Virus record (IMG/VR): IMGVR_UViG_3300030380_002211
DNA from: an uncultured virus (IMG/VR IMGVR_UViG_3300030380_002211)
Taxonomy: Duplodnaviria > Heunggongvirae > Uroviricota > Caudoviricetes
Length of the DNA: 20,000 bases
Strand: one strand, 5' to 3'
Shown: positions 17,431 through 20,000 of the stretch, in pieces
How positions within the stretch are numbered: position 1 is the stretch's first letter
How the letters are laid out: each line of letters opens with the position of its first letter
Notes under the pieces: model-generated
The model's input: the letters and a program-made list of their open reading frames with translations, nothing else
The model's database searches: none
Told to the model about the DNA's origin: nothing
Position numbers and translations under genes: made by a program

Positions 17431-18365
17431 TTGAATTTAACCTGTGACATTAATTCAGTTAAACACGCCACCAAGTTAATTTCTTGGTCTGCAACGAAGG
17501 CAGACTTGTACTGATAATCAGCAATAATTAAAACAGCATGAGGTATAGTTTCTGGTTGTAAACTATCATACATGTTGTCATAAATTTTTCTAAAGATTTT
17601 AACCGGGTCATTATCAAGATTATTGACAACCCATTTTCTCATATCACTAAACTCTTTACCTTTAAGGTGAGTTACAAGTGTCTTTAAGTTTTCATCTGAT
17701 ACATTAACAAGTATACCAGCATCAATAGTACCACTTACAGAATATCTTTGTAATTCATTAATAAGTTTTCTAAAGTCTGGGAAATGTTTCTTGATTAATT
17801 CAGCAAGTACCTTTTCTTCAAAGTCAACATTTTGTTCTTTAAGAATATAAGTTGCTCTTGAAAACAATTGACTTGCTAATTTAGGTTTATCTTTTGGATT
17901 GATTCTAAATTCAATATTAGAAAATCTACTATGCAAAGGTTCTATAATTCTATTCTTAAAATTACAAGTAAGAATAAATCTACAGTTCTTATGAAACTCT
18001 TCTATGAAGCCACGCAATGCAGGTTGTGTAGATTGTGGATTTAGATAATCTGCCTCGTCAAGTATAACTACTTTTTTACCACCAGATAGTGATACAGTAG
18101 ATGCAAAGTTTTTAATCTTATTTCTTAATACATCAATACCACCTTCTTCAGAACCGTTAATCATAATCCAGTCACAATCTAATTCTTCACATAATGCTTT
18201 TGCAACTGTGGTCTTACCTATGCCTGGTGTACCAGAAAATAATAGATTAGATAATTCGCCTTTCTTAATAAAGGACTTAAATAGTGTTTTTAATGATGGC
18301 GGTAATATGCAATCATCAATCTTGGTTGGTCTATATTCTTCGACCCATAAAAAGTCTGTATTCAT
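17427..18365 (-). CDS. 44: Clamp loader AAA+ subunit, gp44 homolog
   Basis: LWVEEYRP, GTPGIGKT, ILDEAD, FILTCN and PLHSR. Confidence 0.96.
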   Translation of the reverse strand: MNTDFLWVEEYRPTKIDDCILPPSLKTLFKSFIKKGELSNLLFSGTPGIGKTTVAKALCEELDCDWIMINGSEEGGIDVLRNKIKNFASTVSLSGGKKVVILDEADYLNPQSTQPALRGFIEEFHKNCRFILTCNFKNRIIEPLHSRFSNIEFRINPKDKPKLASQLFSRATYILKEQNVDFEEKVLAELIKKHFPDFRKLINELQRYSVSGTIDAGILVNVSDENLKTLVTHLKGKEFSDMRKWVVNNLDNDPVKIFRKIYDNMYDSLQPETIPHAVLIIADYQYKSAFVADQEINLVACLTELMSQVKFK

Positions 18366-18397
18366 TCTTCACTCCATTCATAATAATATATTTTAAA

Positions 18398-19072
18398 TTA
18401 CTTAGTAATTGTGCTATCTGGTTCAAGAGCAATCCAGTATTCAATAGGTAGTTTTTTGTTTTTAAAATGAGATATAGACTTTGAAGATACTGAAACATCA
18501 TAATCACCAGATAACATTTTCAGATTCTCTACTTTAAAATAGAAAGTATAATCTGCTGTAGCACCTTCGCCCACAACAATATCAAAGTTGTTAGATGTAT
18601 CGTTCTTTTTATCACACACTTTTAATACAATATCACCACCTTTTGTTCCTACTAATGCAAGGTCAGGTGTCTTCAGAATTGCAGCCATCTTTTTTAGTTC
18701 TGTAAGATGTGATTCTGATAAACTAAAAGTAACATCTGCCTCTGGCATGTTTACTTCTTTAGTTGGTGATACTAAAACTGATGGGTCTGAATAAAAGTAT
18801 TTTGCTTTTGACTTACTACCTTCAGCAGAGATAGTCATAAACTTATCTTGCAAAGATAATTCAGGTTTGTTTAGTCCAGACATTACTGCAAGAAACTCAT
18901 TAAGGTCATAGATGCCAAACTCAGTATCAAATGACTCGTCAATATCTGCCTTAGCAAATATGTTTCTCATAGTAGAAATTGTGTTTAATTGTTTTCCTGG
19001 TTTGATTAATATGTTAGTATTAATCTCAGAAAAGTTTTTTAGGATGTTTTGGGTGTTTTGATTTAGTTTCAT
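18398..19072 (-). CDS. 45: Sliding clamp, gp45 homolog (about 224 aa)
   Basis: ILKNFSEIN, FGIYDLNEFL, FKVENLKM and YWIALEPDS. Start moved to ATG 19072 because ATG 19105 lies only 2 nt below the -10 box, upstream of the expected transcription start. Confidence 0.94.
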   Translation of the reverse strand: MKLNQNTQNILKNFSEINTNILIKPGKQLNTISTMRNIFAKADIDESFDTEFGIYDLNEFLAVMSGLNKPELSLQDKFMTISAEGSKSKAKYFYSDPSVLVSPTKEVNMPEADVTFSLSESHLTELKKMAAILKTPDLALVGTKGGDIVLKVCDKKNDTSNNFDIVVGEGATADYTFYFKVENLKMLSGDYDVSVSSKSISHFKNKKLPIEYWIALEPDSTITK

Positions 19073-19107
19073 AATATTAATATATACCTTCTCGTTTAGT
19101 TTCATTT

Positions 19108-19136
19108 ATTATATCAAAGATAAAGAGACCTGTCAA
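19108..19136 (-). promoter_or_regulatory. Perfect sigma70 promoter TTGACA-N17-TATAAT upstream of gp45
   Basis: Minus strand reads TTGACA GGTCTCTTTATCTTTGA TATAAT. Confidence 0.88.
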
Positions 19137-19146
19137 GCAGGTCTCT
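19115..19146 (-). terminator. Probable intrinsic terminator after pqqA
   Basis: 9-bp stem AGAGACCTG / CAGGTCTCT (19146-19138 with 19132-19124), 5-nt loop, followed by TTATCTTT on the minus strand. Confidence 0.7.
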
Positions 19147-19164
19147 CTAAAATAAAACAAATAA

Positions 19165-19236
19165 TTATTTGTTCATTACATACATTGTTACTTCAAAACC
19201 GAAACGCATTTCAGTCGCTTGAGGTTTAGTCCACAT
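19165..19236 (-). CDS. pqqA: Pyrroloquinoline quinone precursor peptide PqqA (23 aa)
   Basis: Hand translation gives MWTKPQATEMRFGFEVTMYVMNK*, with the W-x-K-P leader and GFEVTMY (E-x3-Y) core. AGGAGA RBS lies 6 nt upstream and a terminator lies downstream. Confidence 0.95.
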   Translation of the reverse strand: MWTKPQATEMRFGFEVTMYVMNK

Positions 19237-19328
19237 AGTATTTCTCCTGTCGTTTATGGTTAATAAAATTAATCACAAACCAGTTCGTTGAAGATGTATT
19301 GCTACAAGGTTCAACTTGAGATTTATTA

Positions 19329-19766
19329 TTACTTGATGTCAATAGTTCGAGGTTTCTTTTCCTCTGGTACAACCTTTTCTAACTCGACTAAAAGCATTCC
19401 GTCTTTTAATTTAGCACCATTTACAACTACATCATCTGCTAATGTAAATGTTCTACTAAATTTTCTTTTCGAAATACCTCTATGAATTGTTTCCTTTTCG
19501 TCTTTATCATCATTCTCAACTGACTTAATTGTCAATTGATTAAGAGCAGATTGAACTTCAATATCTTTTTTATTAAAACCAGCAAGTGCCATTTCAATCT
19601 GAAAATTGAAATCATCTACTTTATTAATGTTGTAAGGTGGATATGATGTCGGTTGTTTAACTGTGTACTCTAATGTATTATTAAAGTGGTCAAATAGGTC
19701 ATCAAATCCTACTGAAAATGGACGCAAATCGTTCCATATATTACTTGGTATAGATAGTCTTGTCAT
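19329..19766 (-). CDS. hsp20: Small heat shock protein Hsp20 (IbpA-like, about 145 aa)
   Basis: SVGFDDLF, YPPYNI, IEMALAGF, HRGISKRKFSRTFTL, LKDGML and VPEEKKPRTI. Start moved to ATG 19766 behind AGGAGA. Confidence 0.95.
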   Translation of the reverse strand: MTRLSIPSNIWNDLRPFSVGFDDLFDHFNNTLEYTVKQPTSYPPYNINKVDDFNFQIEMALAGFNKKDIEVQSALNQLTIKSVENDDKDEKETIHRGISKRKFSRTFTLADDVVVNGAKLKDGMLLVELEKVVPEEKKPRTIDIK

Positions 19767-19830
19767 ATTTTTTCTCCTTTTATTAAGCAAGTTTATCATA
19801 ACGATACCTCTTAATTGAGCGTATCATAAT

Positions 19831-19838
19831 TATTTATA
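19831..19838 (-). promoter_or_regulatory. T4 late promoter consensus TATAAATA upstream of hsp20
   Basis: Exact match in an intergenic region about 65 nt above the hsp20 start. The AT-rich background lowers specificity. Confidence 0.65.
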
Positions 19839-19864
19839 TAACTTATTAGTACAATAATAAAAAA

Positions 19865-19997
19865 TTATTGGTAGAGGTAGGCCTCACCCTCTTTATACTA
19901 ACGACTCTTATGTCGCCTATCACTTTCGTGCTACGGAGGCCAATGAACCAATAAAGACGTTGTTTTTTTGCTTCGGGTGAAGCGGGAGAAAACAACG
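19865..19997 (-). ncRNA. Candidate structured RNA: multi-stem junction with pseudoknot, plus an upstream hairpin (may extend beyond the window)
   Basis: Closing stem 19954-19947 / 19872-19865 (8 bp). Hairpins CAC-GAAA-GTG (19930-19921), CGAC/GTCG (19915-19902) and AGAGG/CCTCT (19892-19873). Loop GAGGCC is complementary to GGCCTC at 19941-19936. A separate hairpin spans 19997-19958. Confidence 0.65.
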
Positions 19998-20000
19998 AAA

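Noticed and set aside
15253..19236. PqqA plus ATP-grasp ligase plus protease as a single novel RiPP (graspetide-like) cluster
   Set aside because: The genes are separated by four core replication genes, a terminator and a promoter. The peptide is a canonical PqqA and the ligase looks RimK-like, so there is no evidence of a functional link.
645..19485. All plus-strand ORFs in the track (e.g. 645-1088, 3261-3674, 12784-13152, 19288-19485)
   Set aside because: They lie antisense to well-supported minus-strand genes, have Phe/Leu/Ser/Ile-rich shadow composition and show no recognisable motifs.
19865..20000. tRNA or tmRNA identity for the structured element
   Set aside because: No T-loop GTTCGA in a cloverleaf context and no suitable acceptor stem with a CCA end were found.
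1..20000. CRISPR array, IS element or long tandem repeats
   Set aside because: No regularly spaced repeats, transposase motifs or terminal inverted repeats were seen by eye; weak repeats could have been missed.

Overview
AT-rich (roughly 30% GC by eye) segment of a T4-like myovirus genome, most similar in gene content to marine T4-like phages of streamlined bacteria. All credible genes are on the minus strand. In transcription order (right to left): a structured non-coding element cut by the window edge, hsp20, a 23-aa pqqA missed by the ORF track, gp45, gp44, gp62, regA, a RimK-like ATP-grasp ligase fused to a retropepsin-like protease, a frameshifted small gene, gp43, an amino-DNA methyltransferase, uvsX, a gp40-position gene, gp41, two small ORFs, a DUF1599-like gene, a degenerate 2OG-Fe(II) oxygenase-like gene and a putative nuclease. 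These are followed by a late-promoter operon: ligase-motif protein, adenylate kinase, an 831-aa multi-domain nucleotidyltransferase and two modular proteins. Main highlights: (1) a phage PQQ precursor peptide suggesting a methylotroph host; (2) several enzymes whose N-termini resemble the T4 capsid-targeting sequence, suggesting a packaged and injected nucleotide/RNA-repair kit; (3) a RimK-RimB-like fusion beside regA; (4) a methyltransferase with a clamp-binding-like tail; (5) a pseudoknotted RNA candidate. All family calls come from motif recognition by eye; no searches were run.
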